Below, piece by piece: positions 50,481 through 62,940 of a stretch of DNA of 64,000 bases (its first letter is position 1; the number at the start of each line of letters is the position of its first letter). The position numbers were made by a program, and so were the translations under genes. Source of the DNA: Paecilomyces variotii (lineage: Eukaryota); the NCBI GenBank assembly GCA_004022145.1, contig RCNU01000007.1, one strand, 5' to 3'. Below the pieces are notes generated by a model. The model saw only the letters and a program-made list of their open reading frames with translations. It did no database searches and was not told the DNA's origin.

Positions 50481-53162
50481 TCACTTCAACAAACCAGGCC
50501 AACTCTCCGCGAACAAGTCGGGGAAAAGAGAGCCGTCCAACCCAGACCCAAAGTCAAACTCCGTCTGGGAATTCAGGTTCGCTGTCTGAAGCGCAAAGGT
50601 GAACGCATTGGTAGGACTCGGCTCAGACTCTTGCGTGGCAGCTAGGGACTCAGGTAGACGAGTGCTCGCATGCAGTTGGCCTTTCTGCTGCGATGAATGC
50701 GCTCCAAGTCGGTGTACTTGTGGTTGGTGATTGTTTTCTGATGTGCCTTGGCTGGCAGTCACCAGCCTAGGTACCTGATCCAACCGCGAGGAGACATTCG
50801 GCGAATCTCTGGGCTCTTGTAAATCCCTAGCACTATCCACAGACCGAGATGGGGAGGTCTATAATTTTTTCAAGAAAAAGACTTCAGTGTCATTCATTAC
50901 CAACCCCGCTTGGTGTTTTCGATAAGGACAACTGACCGTACTTGGTAACCTAATACCTTCTGCGGCACTGGCATCTGGGGCTCCAAGGAGCAACGTCTGC
51001 CCGATCGAGAGCAACCCTGGCCCTTGATTCTTCTGTGACACCTGCTGCATATAGCTATCCATGGCGCTGATCTGAGTGCGCAACTTGATGGCCAGCCCAG
51101 CGGAGGGTAAACGGGACGACTCGATCTTTTCGAGGAAGTCGGCGAGAAGGAGGAGAATGTTGTGGACTTGGATGTATCGCCAGGCTGATAACGGTTTACG
51201 AATTGTGCTGCTAAGCAGCTGGCCGACGTGGGAGAGGTGGTGAAGCTAATAGGAGACAAATAGTCAGCTTGAGTGGATGATAGCTAATGGAGAATGTTTG
51301 GAGACCCACCGAGCTTGTGCTGACAGTCTGGAAGAACTCGAGGGGCACGACGCTGAGTTCATCGAGTAAATCGCTGGCAATATCGCAACAGCGGTTGATG
51401 CTTGGCTGCTCGCTCTCGACGATAAGCATTTTCATGTTCTGCGTTGTGAAGAGAATGTTGGCGGCTGTGGGATTCGTCAACATGAGTGGTAATCGTGGCA
51501 GCCAGGTTAAGCGTACATACCAACAAAGCTATAGCGGTCAGTAGACAGGTCTCCTGTCAAAGTTTTGACCGATTTGAGCACCGGTGGTAGGTCCTTGTGC
51601 GCCTTCGATATAAAATGGAGACTATCCGAGGCGAAATCCCTTGGGGGTCGAACACCGGCAATCAATGTCTCAATCTCACTGCTGCTTTCATTCGTCGTCT
51701 TCGTCTTCCCTTGTTGTTCCATGTGTTTTGCGGCCCGGATGTGCTCTAGGAGGCGATATAGATCGCTGCAGAAATTCCAGCCTTGGAGAAAAGAAATCTG
51801 ATCTTGACGAAGGTTGATCTGGGTGGCGGTGATATCCTCATCGTCAAATACCTCAACAGGATAACGAACCGATCGATTTGCCTCGCTCTGCCTAGCAGGT
51901 AGACCGAAGTTGCTGGCGATGTATTGCTCTTGCTGGTATACAGCCCAGAACTGCAGAAAAAGACGTTAGCAAGGGAATCCCGCTGGTCGCTAGCCAGGGC
52001 CGTGTTCTGAAAGTAACCGAAGATTGTTCAACATGAGTAATCTCACCAATCGTCGCCGTTCTTGTTTCTCGATTTCTGATAAGTTATTAGGCCATCTGCT
52101 TTCGGTGTAGAACCCATTCAATATGGACAGCGAGCTGTAATCCCCAAGGTGGGTGATGGGCCCTCTGAGATCCCCGTTTTGGAGACATACCGATGCTAGC
52201 AGCGCATGTGCTTTCATCGCCTGGCAGTAGTCTGTGATGGCGGTAAGGTTTTTTGGCATTGCTCTTACTGCTGCAAAATAGCATGTAGAAGACAATGTCA
52301 CTGCATCGGAACGAAGGCCTTCCAGGTTGTGAGTACTCGGTATGCCATTGTACAGTCGCCCGGCTGTAAGGGCACAGACGGCCATTGTAACAACAAAAAC
52401 GCCCCAGTCCGACCGGTAGAGCTGGTTAGAAATCTGGGCGCGGAAAGTAGGCCAGTGGAAGTAGGGTCGACTGAACGGTAAGGATACCGAAGTAAGCATA
52501 TAGTGCCCTGCCAACGAATGAAGAGTGCGAGATATGCTTACATGGGGTATATGGTATGATAAAAGACATCCACGAGGGCTTCAATGGTGTCGGGTGGGAT
52601 CACACCTTCGTATGCGGAGTAAATTGACGAGAGCTGCGTAGAGAGGCCGGCCTCACTGCCGTCAACGGGACTCACTTGGATCGGTGAAGCCCCGGTCGGG
52701 GCAGGGGCTGGTATCCCCGCCGTATCCTCCATTGCGACGGTGGGCTGTCGTGGAGCAGGCTGGGTCGAAGGCACCGGAGAAGAAGCATCGCTCTCTCGTG
52801 CGACTCGCCGGGCCGGATTGGGCTATCTGGTGTATTAGTTGGCGAGAATAGAGAAGGAAGAAAAGTGCAAATTACCCCTCGTCGCTTAACCGGCCTGTCG
52901 TATGTACACTCCAATCCTTGATCTTTGCAACGAGCGCAAACCGTTCCTTCGACTCCGGGCGAACACTGCGAGGCACCGTGAGTAATTCAGTCAAGTCTAC
53001 AAAGTGGCCAGCTCGTACTCTGCAGGCGTTCCGATGACACCGATCGCATGCGCGCTGTACACGAAGTATACATTAGTAACACGTCGTGCCATCCCTGATT
53101 CAAGTCACGGTTCGTAGACTGACGCCGCTTCTCTTTCTTTTGCTGCCTCCACAAACGGTCAT
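50481..53162 (-). CDS. Zn(II)2Cys6 transcription factor with fungal-specific TF domain (paralog 2)
   Basis: KRKRSG|RACDRCHRNACR|CSPGVEGTVCARCKDQGLECTYDRPVKRRG; PYFHWPTF and EIEKQERRRL|FWAVY. Start codon inferred. Confidence 0.88.
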
Positions 53163-54344
53163 TATGCCAGGTGTAGACGAACGGGGTTTCAACACAGACG
53201 GTGGAAGATGGACATGCTGATGTGGTCGCAGCTTCGGCTGCCGGGGCGGAAGAACCTGGTCAGGTAAGAAGGAAAACGAGTTCAACCGACTCCCCGGCGC
53301 ATGGTTGATGCCTTTTAATCAACGAAATCAGGACCAGAGCTAACTACTCCGTACTCCGTGCCAACATATTGCGGGGAAATATGTGGAGAAGCGCGGGGGG
53401 CCGATCATGGTCCACTGATGAATGGAGCTGCCAAGTACGGAATAGGAGTTAAAAGGGACGAGATTGCATGAGAGTAGAGGAATTTGACGAGCGGTGATTC
53501 GCAGCGTCTCTCATATGGTATAACTAGAGTCTTGGCCCCAATATCCCAATACCCATCTGGGTACTTTCCACAACCCTGGACCTTGCAGAATACTGCAAAT
53601 GTAATATTTGGATATACATACTAAGTACCTATTCAAGATTCCGCGTCGGAAATTTGGCGCAGAATGTAACTGCACTGGGTATGGATAAAGATTAATAGTT
53701 CTCTCTCTTCTCGCTTAAGCACTGGAATCAAATATCCAGCAGCAAGGATCCTACTGTATCTATTCCTGTTATCTGAGATATCTAGGATTTATATCAATTA
53801 GGATTTGAAGGGCCTTTGCGCCCGCATAACTGTCCTTCAGCGGTTACGCGTTCCCTACAATAGCTGCTAAAGCCGCACAAGTCGTATAATATATCTGGCA
53901 TTGCTTGCCGCAGCGAGTTATGATATGCTCTCTCGGATTGTTATGTCTATCTCGATCTTTCATCTTTCATTTCGTCCCATATTGCTTGGATAAGGTTCGG
54001 GTCTCTGGCGAATAAGGTAACCGATGAACAATCTCAAACTTTTACTACTTATGGTATTCTTGGGCGATCGGATAAGATATATCTCTGAATTCTTGAGACT
54101 GCTTATGAGTGCTTGATTGAGGATCGAGTCTAGAGATGCTTTAGCTAGCTAATTAATTCCAGGTTGGCTAAACAGGCTGGTGGGCAGGAGACTAGTATTT
54201 TAAGTAAGGCCCCGAAAATATATAGCTTAGAGCGCAATCTTGTATCAGCATTCAGGAGTGGTTCAAATCGAGATATTTATCAATCACAGCAAATATCATC
54301 TAGCAATAATATAATCTCGTAACCCTAGAGTACTGTACCGAAGT

Positions 54345-55373
54345 TCACTGAATAATTCTGTTCTTGACTCTCCCAATCCCCTCGATTTCAATCTCCACCA
54401 CATCGCCGTGCTTGAGGAATTTGGGCCCCCCTTTCTGGAAACTCCCAACCCCAGACGGCGTGCCCGTCATCACAACGGCTCCCTTGCGCAATGTCCGACC
54501 TTGACTGAAAAATCGAACGATCGCCGGGACATCAAAAATCAAATCATCGATACCCGACTCTTGTCGCTTCTCGTTATTCACCCATGTGCGAAGTGTGAGC
54601 TTCGCAGGGTCTGGAATGAGCTTTGACGAGACGAGAACAGGTCCAAGAGGGGCAAACCCGTCGAAGGACTTCGCGTAATTCGATTGTCCGCCTTTAGCCG
54701 CTTCCTGCCACCATCTGCTCGAGATATCGTTGCCGATGGTATATCCTAGGACATGGAGGAGGGGGTCTGCATCCTCTGCGATGTCCTTGACATTTTCACC
54801 CATCACGAACACTAACTCTCCCTGGTGTGGATTGTTAGAACAGTCCAGTCCCATCGGATAGAATTATGTACCTCATAGTCCACATCAAGCGCCGCTGAGT
54901 GTAGATGGACGTCATCGTACGGACCCGTCATAGCATCTGTGACGATGTTAATCCTCGAGTCGACGCAGTCTTGTCGGCTCAAATCACTGACCGGGATACT
55001 TCACGAAGGTCTTGGGATGTTGTGGAATAGGAACCTATAGTATCGTCAACAAACATTCGGCAGTCTTTCGAGTGCAATGGCCGCACTTCTTGGTTGAGGG
55101 GCATACTCCTGCTTCTTCGGCGTGCCGTCTATAGTTCAGGCCGACGCCATAAATGAATGGGACATCTACCAACGGACTCAGAAGCTTTTTGACCTCAGAA
55201 TTCTCGCCACTAAGCTTGAAGTCCGGATCAAAAGGCGACGCGCCCTGGTATACAGGCGCCTCGATTCCTATCAGACTCTGGTTGTAGGGGTGGTCCTTAG
55301 GGACCTCGCCAAAGTAGATATCCCCGGATGAACTGACAAACCGTATCAAACGCTCAAACTTCGAAGAGGCCAT
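54345..55373 (-). CDS. Fumarylacetoacetate hydrolase (FAH)-family protein
   Basis: GVGLNYRRHAEE, DYE|GEL, GYTIGNDISSR, KSFDGFAPLGP, MTGTPSGVG and EIEGIG. Several introns. Confidence 0.92.
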
Positions 55374-55933
55374 TGTAGCAAGATGCGAAGATATTCTTCT
55401 AGACCTTCATCTATGTGGATAGAGCAGAACTTATATGCAATGAGACCAGCGCCTGGACAGGTTGCGTGTTGCCTAATTCTTCCGAGCTCACAGACTTCCA
55501 CCGCGACATTCGATAAGTTCTTTCCCCCGGTTGGAAAAATCGGCCAGACCTGGGGTATTCTAGCATGCGGTTTAGCCGACGTAATTATGGTATCGTCTCG
55601 TTGCACTTTCAGAAACGCCGGACAGGGACGTGGAGTGAATCTGATAAACTTAACCCATTCGGCCGGATTTCTTGTCTCCTGTCAGGATAACTAGAAGACA
55701 GCTATTGTGATTCCCTACGATCCGGGTACATGCTATATGATTACCTGGTCTAGGAAATTATGTTCTGGGCATTGATCCGACACACAGGAACAAACAGTTG
55801 CCTGTTAGCGGGCCTCTCAGCATCGCTTTATACAACTGGGAATGCACTTATGTGGATGCAAGGCACACTGGTACAGTAATAATTGCAACTGTGCGATTAA
55901 TACAAAGCTTCAGAAGACAATCATAGAACTTTC

Positions 55934-56905
55934 TCATCTCAGAAAGCTACCATTTGTCTTCGCGAGAATTTCATCGTAGTACGGCTGAAACCCAAGCCAC
56001 CCCTTTTCAGGCCCTCCAACCTGTGCAGCCGTGTACTCTGCTTCGGCTTCTTTAATGATAACCTTTTCATGGCCACTTCCATGTTGCGCTGAATCAACAA
56101 GAAGCTGAGCATGGCAGGTCTTCTCCAGGCTGATGAACCAGAATGCGGCCTCGTCAATACTCCTACCTACCTGGGGAAGGTCAGTAAAGATACACGGCGT
56201 AAAGCGGACGGCTCTTTCCTCACCGTGAGTAGTCCATGATTCTGCAGTATTGCAGCCTTTCCCTTACCAAGTGCTTTGGCAATACGCTTGCCCTCCTCTC
56301 GGTCTAGGACCACGCCTCCGAAGTCGGTGTACACGGCGTGGCTTTTGTAGAACCGCAGAGCATCCTGAGTAATCATATCCAGTTCTCGGCCAAAAACACT
56401 GAAAGCCTTTCCATGAACGGAATGGGCATGACACGCAGCGTGGATATCTGGCCGTGCCTTGTGTATTTCGGAATGGATAGCAAAAGCCGCAGCATTAATC
56501 GGCTCTTCTCCCTCTACCACCAGACCGTTCTCATCGACAAGGATCAAGTCTGACACTTTTATCTGGGAAAAATGCATTGAAAGTGGATTCAGCCCTGTGA
56601 CATTGGATCAGAATTATTGACGCTCCTAGGGAATTCCACGACGTAGACGGCGTACAGAAGTGGTCAGTCAGAATTGGATCGCGGACCGAAATATGACCTG
56701 CAATCCCCTCATCGAACCCGCGCTCAGCAAATATACGGAACGCAGCAGCTAGATGTTGCTTGCGGTAGAGCCTTTCTTCATCTAAGGTCCCAAAAACAGG
56801 ATACGAGCGGATTCTGAGTTTGTGACCGTTCTTGGACAAGCCGAGTGCACCAGACACAGCATTGGTGTTATCCTCGTTCTGGAGAACCGTAGCAGAGGGG
56901 GCCAT
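55934..56905 (-). CDS. Class II aldolase/adducin-family protein (Mug14/NovR-like)
   Basis: GFDEGIAGHISVRDP, IHSEIHKARPD, ACHAHS and ILQNHGLLT (metal-binding His residues). Two introns; ends ..KTNGSFLR*. Confidence 0.92.
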
Positions 56906-57556
56906 CTTGGACAGAAATTATTGACGGATTGGATAAGAGACACAGTCAGTGTGATAGCGGAAATGGTGTTGAAGCCATAGGCTATGAAAACTTGACCATC
57001 CCGGCTCTTTATCCCTTCGCGATGAGGCGGACAAGACAAACTAACCGGACGCTGCTGGGGAATTTTAACGACCGGCTTTACTATTGAATATACATGGCGC
57101 CCACACGTGGAGCCCGTTACATAGCATAGGGGCCGCATTGGTACTGCTCCTGCTCTGTGAACAACGCTTTTGGTGCCCCAAGCCAACCTCGCCCCTGGAT
57201 CTACGTTCTCATCCAGATCGAGTTACGCCGTAGGATCAACCGGTCTCTTAAGATTTGCCGGACTTTGTGCGCCCAGGACAAATCCATCAGAAACGGAGAC
57301 AGAGATTTCCCAGCTCATACGGGGCTTCTCTGATTCTGACGTTTCCGATCATATTGTACATACCATACCTCGATAGGCCCACCTCAGGCCGTTCTAGTTG
57401 TTCACTCAATCCTCGACCTCGCCAGTGATATTAGGCTACAGGAATCTTCCAGCAATTTGATTGCACTATGGTATAATGGGATAAACATTCAGCAGAGTCA
57501 GGAACTGATACTCAAGCATATGGCTAACGGCCGCTCAAGGGAGATACACCTTTCGC

Positions 57557-58589
57557 CTATTTCTTCTCTGCTAATCCCTCCCTAACAGCAGCAGCGAGAT
57601 CGTCCGCCGTGGTTCCTCTTACTCGGTGCTCCTGTCTCTCCTTTCCCAACACTGTTTGCTCTGCTACTGCTCTGTAGACCTCGGCCACCCGCTGGTAAAC
57701 ATCCGCGCCTTGAGTCCCCCCAGCATTATCCCACCCACCTTCCTCCCCAAAGCACCGTCCAATTTCCACCATTTCATCCACCCACCGACCTGCCTTGGGT
57801 GGAGTCTCAACAATCATCTTTGTAATACTGTTCCGCAACCTCGGTTGAAAGGCTTCAAGAAGCTGATGCAATTCCGAATACACGCCCATGGAATATGCCG
57901 TGCTAAAAGATTGGATAGACAGTGCAAGAAGACCCTTGATCAGCGATCCATAGCAGCATTTGAGCCCACTTGCAGCCCCAATATCCGCACCCAGGGATAT
58001 CGTGTTCAGCACCTTCGCTAGACGTTCGTTGGCCAGTCCGTCTGGACCAGAGATCGGAATCGCAGGCCGCGCCCAGGTAGCAGCGATGTCCCCTTCGGGT
58101 TCAGAAGCCTGTTTCTCATTGGAGCTTGACTGCTTCAAGCGCGGAGGCCCGCCGATAATACCACCATCAACGAATTTGATACCCGGTACGTTCTGCTTGA
58201 ACTCCGCAGCAATGTGACGTGCAAGTCTAGGGCTGATAGCGTTCAGGTCGACGTAATACAACGGACTCTTGCGAGCTTGCTTGACTGACATGAACCGTTG
58301 TGCTGTAGCGAGGGCATCGCGTGGGGGGACGATCGAGAAGAGATAGTCTACCTGTTTGACAAGCTCTTCGTCGCTGTCGAGTAATCGGATATTTGCTGTG
58401 CGGGCGCGATTGTAAGTGTAGTCGCTGTGACTGTTAGAGCGGGTTTCTGCGTGGTATAGTTGAACACTTCACTCACCTTCTACCCGTAATATTGGTCATA
58501 ACGGTGTATCCATGGGCGCTGAGCAAATTTGCGATGCCAAAGCCCATCTCCCCAATGGAGACAATACCGACTTTCACAGGGGCGGCCAT
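57557..58589 (-). CDS. NAD(P)-dependent 6-phosphogluconate/3-hydroxyisobutyrate dehydrogenase-like protein (DUF1932 type)
   Basis: VGIVSIGEMGFG Rossmann motif, SIVPP, YVDLNAISP, DGGIIGGPP, GAASGLKCCY..KG and KAGRWVDEMVEI. One intron. Confidence 0.88.
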
Positions 58590-59098
58590 AGTGTTCGCTT
58601 TGTGAAGAAAACAGCAACGAGCTTGTAGGGGGCTGATGAAAGTTGGGGATTTTGTTTATTTCCTTGGATCTATCCGGGGTTTTATGACACCTTAATGTAC
58701 ATTAGTGACCGCTTACAACACCCAGGATTGGCGGTTTCGCGAAGAGCAACGAATTGGCACTTGCGCCCTTGATAGGGCCGACCTGTTAAACTACCGGCTA
58801 TCTATGAGCTAGGGAGAACAACAGTTCCTCCGTAGTGTAGTTGCTAAACGGAGTGGAGGTCGGCGAACATGAGCCACACTAGTGACATTCAGGCTTTGTA
58901 ATTGACCGCCAGCGACTATCGAGTACTCTATGTAGGACCATCTTCACAGGAAGAGCTTCATGGTCATTTGTTGCTAAATGCCATTGCGCCTGAGCCCCAT
59001 ATCCAGGTATAAATTTTGTGGGGTTTCGCATTCTGAATTGTACCAAGGCTTCCTGTACACCATTAAGTTCATACGTGCGCAGACAGCTTTCCTTGGTG

Positions 59099-61333
59099 AT
59101 GTTGTCATTCAGTTTTTTCCTGCTAGGTCTTCTGGTGGCCACTTTTGGTAGGATCTCTGCCTTTCAACAGGTCAGACATGATGCCTTATTTCAACCACAC
59201 TATATACTGCGCGTCACCGAGGAAGAAACCAGCATTGCATGTCGCACAAGGCTATCTGCGCTTGTCAATGGTATGTTTTGCCTGTGTGCTGCAGGAGCGC
59301 GGCATGCACTCTATCCTGTATTATTTGGAGGATGTTGGATTCTTATAGCCTATATCACAGGAACGACACCGGGTCCAACCCTCTATATGAAGGAAAACCA
59401 AACTACATGGATTAGGGTTTACAATGCCATGAACTCCTCTAATCTAACCATGGTACGGTGAAGAGCCTCTCCGTGGAGTGACCAGTCCAGCTGATTAGAT
59501 TGTTAACTCCAAAGCATTGGCACGGCATATCGCAGTCAGCTGCTCCATGGTCTGACGGAACACCTCAGGCCAGTCAATGGCCTATCAGTGTAAGATTGAC
59601 TTCTCAATCACTGCTCTGGAACCTTGGAAATGAAGTCTGAGACTGAGGAAGCCCGTCAAAGCCCCATCACTTTTTCGACTACGAAGTGCGGCCGAAAATA
59701 GGCGAAGCCGGTTCATACTATTACCATTCCCATGTCGGTTTTCAGTCTGACACCGTTGCGGGCGTGTTGATCGTCGAGGAGGCTGATGGGTTGCCGCCAT
59801 ACGAATATTATGAAGACCGTGTCCTGTTTCTCTCCGAGCTCTTCAATGTGACTGACCAAGCAGCAATGGACTTCCTGCAAGGTCCATTTGTGAGCTACAA
59901 ATGGTACGTTTGTCTATACAGACGCATAGATGCACTCGTCCGTTTGATTGACCAGTAGCACTATTTAATACACAGGCCTGGAGAAGCGGAATCAATACTC
60001 GTGAATGGTAACGGATATCGTGCTCGAGACGGTGAAGACTCATTGGTCTCGAAGCCTTATGGTAAATTCGACCCTGGAGTGCTGCGACCCTGCCGCCCGG
60101 AGGTTATCGAGGTAGAGCAGAGCAAGGTTTATCGATTCCGCGCCATTGGGGGTGTCGCAATGAGTCCTTTAGCTTTCGCCTTTGAAGATCACGACAATCT
60201 TACTATCATTAATGTTGACGGGGCATACACCGAGCCTGCAAACACTAGCCTCATTCAGCTCGGCGGCGGACAACGCTACGACTTTCTCCTCGAAACAAAA
60301 TCAGAGCAAGAATTGAAGGCACTAGGCAGGACAAAGTTTTGGATACAGATCGAGACGCGCTACAGGAACTTAAATAACACATTCTACGCTATCCTATCTT
60401 ACAAGACAGACCTGGGTCCGAATGTGAACAGCACGATCCCGGCTGAGCCCCCAGCTGAGAAGCCTGTGTTCATTCCTTATGCTCTGGAGGACTGGTTGGA
60501 GTATAAGCTGCAACCGCTGAAACCAAATGGCTTCCCAACAGCCGACCAGGTTACTCGTCAGGTCTATCTCACATCTACACAGCTTGTTGTCAAGAGTGGT
60601 GCATTTTGGACAGTTAACAATCACACCTGGACAGAGAATGACCAGCACGAGCATGGGGATCCATACAATGATACGGCTCCGTCTGCTGATGTACCTTACC
60701 TAGTTGATATTTATCGACGTGGTCAGAGCGCTATTCCGAACTATGATTTAGCAGTTCAAAAATATGGAGGATGGGATCCTGGGCTAAATGTGTACCCAGC
60801 ACGCAGAGGCGAAGTTATTGATATTATCCTTATCAATAACAACAACAACCGGAGTGGTGGGTTTGACACCCATCCCTGGCATATCCATGGCGATCACATC
60901 TATGACCTTGGTAGTGGCCCAGGAGAATACAACGCCACTGCTAATGAAGAGAAACTCACCGGGTACACTCCTATCAAGCGAGACACCAGTCTACTGTACA
61001 AATATATTACCGGCGACGGAGTGGGAACGAATACTGAATATACACCTCAAGGATGGCGTGCCTGGCGGTTAAAGGTTGACAATCCGGGGTAAGTAAACTT
61101 GCAGACAGTTCATGACATGCATGTACTAATCTCCCTTCAGAGTGTGGATGATACACTGCCATGTTCTTCAGCACATGATTATGGGAATGCAGGCATTGTG
61201 GGTTATGGGTAATGCAACCGAAGTCACACACAACACTGGACCGAGTCTTGTTGAGGGCTATTTGAACTACGGTGGCAATGCGTATGGAAACAGCTCCTAC
61301 GATCCCTTGGTCAACCATTACTTTAGTGATTAA
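59099..61333 (+). CDS. Secreted multicopper oxidase, fungal ascorbate-oxidase-like
   Basis: Signal peptide. All four Cu motifs are present: HWHG, YYHSH, HPWHIHG and HCHVLQHMIMGM (Met axial T1 ligand). Several introns. Confidence 0.93.
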
Positions 61334-61688
61334 TTTTGCGTAAATAATGAGATACACATGCAGACTCTCATAAAATGCTAGATTTATTGGAACGCCCATT
61401 TATATTTCAAAGTGCTTCTGCAACAGACTCAAAAGGATTGCACAGTTAGCGTATGTAATTGCTGTTTTATGTCATAACATTGTAATCCTGGTTTAAGTGA
61501 CCACTGGCTTTCATCTTTAAGGCAATAGCTCCTGCGGACTTTATAATTTTAATATAGTTTCTATGCCAGGGCATTTTGAACTTGTAGCTACTCGAACTAT
61601 AACGTCAGATACCGTGGCAGCGAACCTAATTCTCTACCAAATCCGAGGGAAAAAGTATTGGGCTCTTGAAACCAAATACGGTTTTCCC

Positions 61689-62561
61689 CTATATGCTTTC
61701 TTTGATTGCGTCCTCGACTTTCATTCCCCTCATAACCCGCTGCATCTTAGTCTCATCATCCACTGCAAACTTAGGGGCCATCTCCAGCACTAAACCGAGC
61801 TTGTCCTTTGGAATGCAAACAGCACAGCCGTCTTCCGGGTCAAGCATGACAATGTCTCTCTAGGAAAGACATTAGCACACCAAAGATACCAATAAGAATC
61901 CATTATAGCAGAACAGCAAGTGTGTTTCTCTCACCTGCTCAACTCTTGTGCCTCCAATATGAATCGGCACGTTAACTGCATGCGCTCTACACTCCCCCCT
62001 CGTTGCCACGATGCTCGTTGCCCGCGCCCAGACCGGGATGTCCACCAGTTCCCTAAGTTGCTTCACATCTCTTACCCGTCCGTCGACCAGTATACCCTTC
62101 ACTCCGATTTTCCTCATGCGCGCCGCCATGAGCCCGCCCATTGTGGCAGTCCTCGTGCCCCTAGGCTGGCTCATTACGACAATTGTATCGGGGAGGGCCA
62201 TGTCGGCGTAGATCGATCCATCGGGGATATTGGAGTCCGGGGTAGTACTAAAGTCCGATGGGATGAGAGTGGGGAAGGAGGGCGACGCTCTTGGGACGAA
62301 GAGAACTGTCACTGCTGGAGCGACCACTTTGTTCCCGGTGTTTATGGGCCCTTCGACGGTTAGAAAAGTAGACAACCAACTTAAGTACGGTGTCTCTCAG
62401 GACCCATACCAATGTCAGGGAGGAAGCCGGCGCCCGGAACGCCCAAGGTCAGCAGCGCGTCAGAGATCTACGTCGATTATGAGAAAGGTTCCAGGGACTA
62501 GGGTCTGTATTCATACCTCGCATGCCGAGTAGTTCAGTAGTCTTTCCAGTTCCTCGTTCAT
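61689..62561 (-). CDS. RraA-like / HMG(CHA)-aldolase family protein
   Basis: NYSACE|ISDALL, VVAPAVTV, ATMGGLMAAR, GILVDGRVRD, PVWAR and DIVMLD. An in-frame upstream ATG at 62615 is also possible. Confidence 0.88.
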
Positions 62562-62940
62562 TTTTACTCGGCCAGCCAAAGGTCGAAATGGCCAAGGTGT
62601 GTCTTTTTCTGGCATCGTGTAAAACGGATTGGCAGAAAATGACTACGTCGTAGACACTTATGCTGGCTCTCCCGCCGGTCAGCTCAGAGGGGTAGGAGGC
62701 GAGTTTAGCCGATTAGACTTGAGTCCCTGCTGCTAAATCCAAAGGGGCTTGTCATTCTGAATACCGGCTATTGCAATGGCCCGGTCGACCACCGGAGTGC
62801 TTCATATTCGGTTTTGATGATTACGTAGAGTCAATATTGGATACAAATCTGCGAGACGGCAAGCCTTTGTGCCGCGATCTTTCTGGAATTGACACTACTG
62901 TACACCATTTTCCCGCCACATCAAGCAGTCATCAGTCGTA

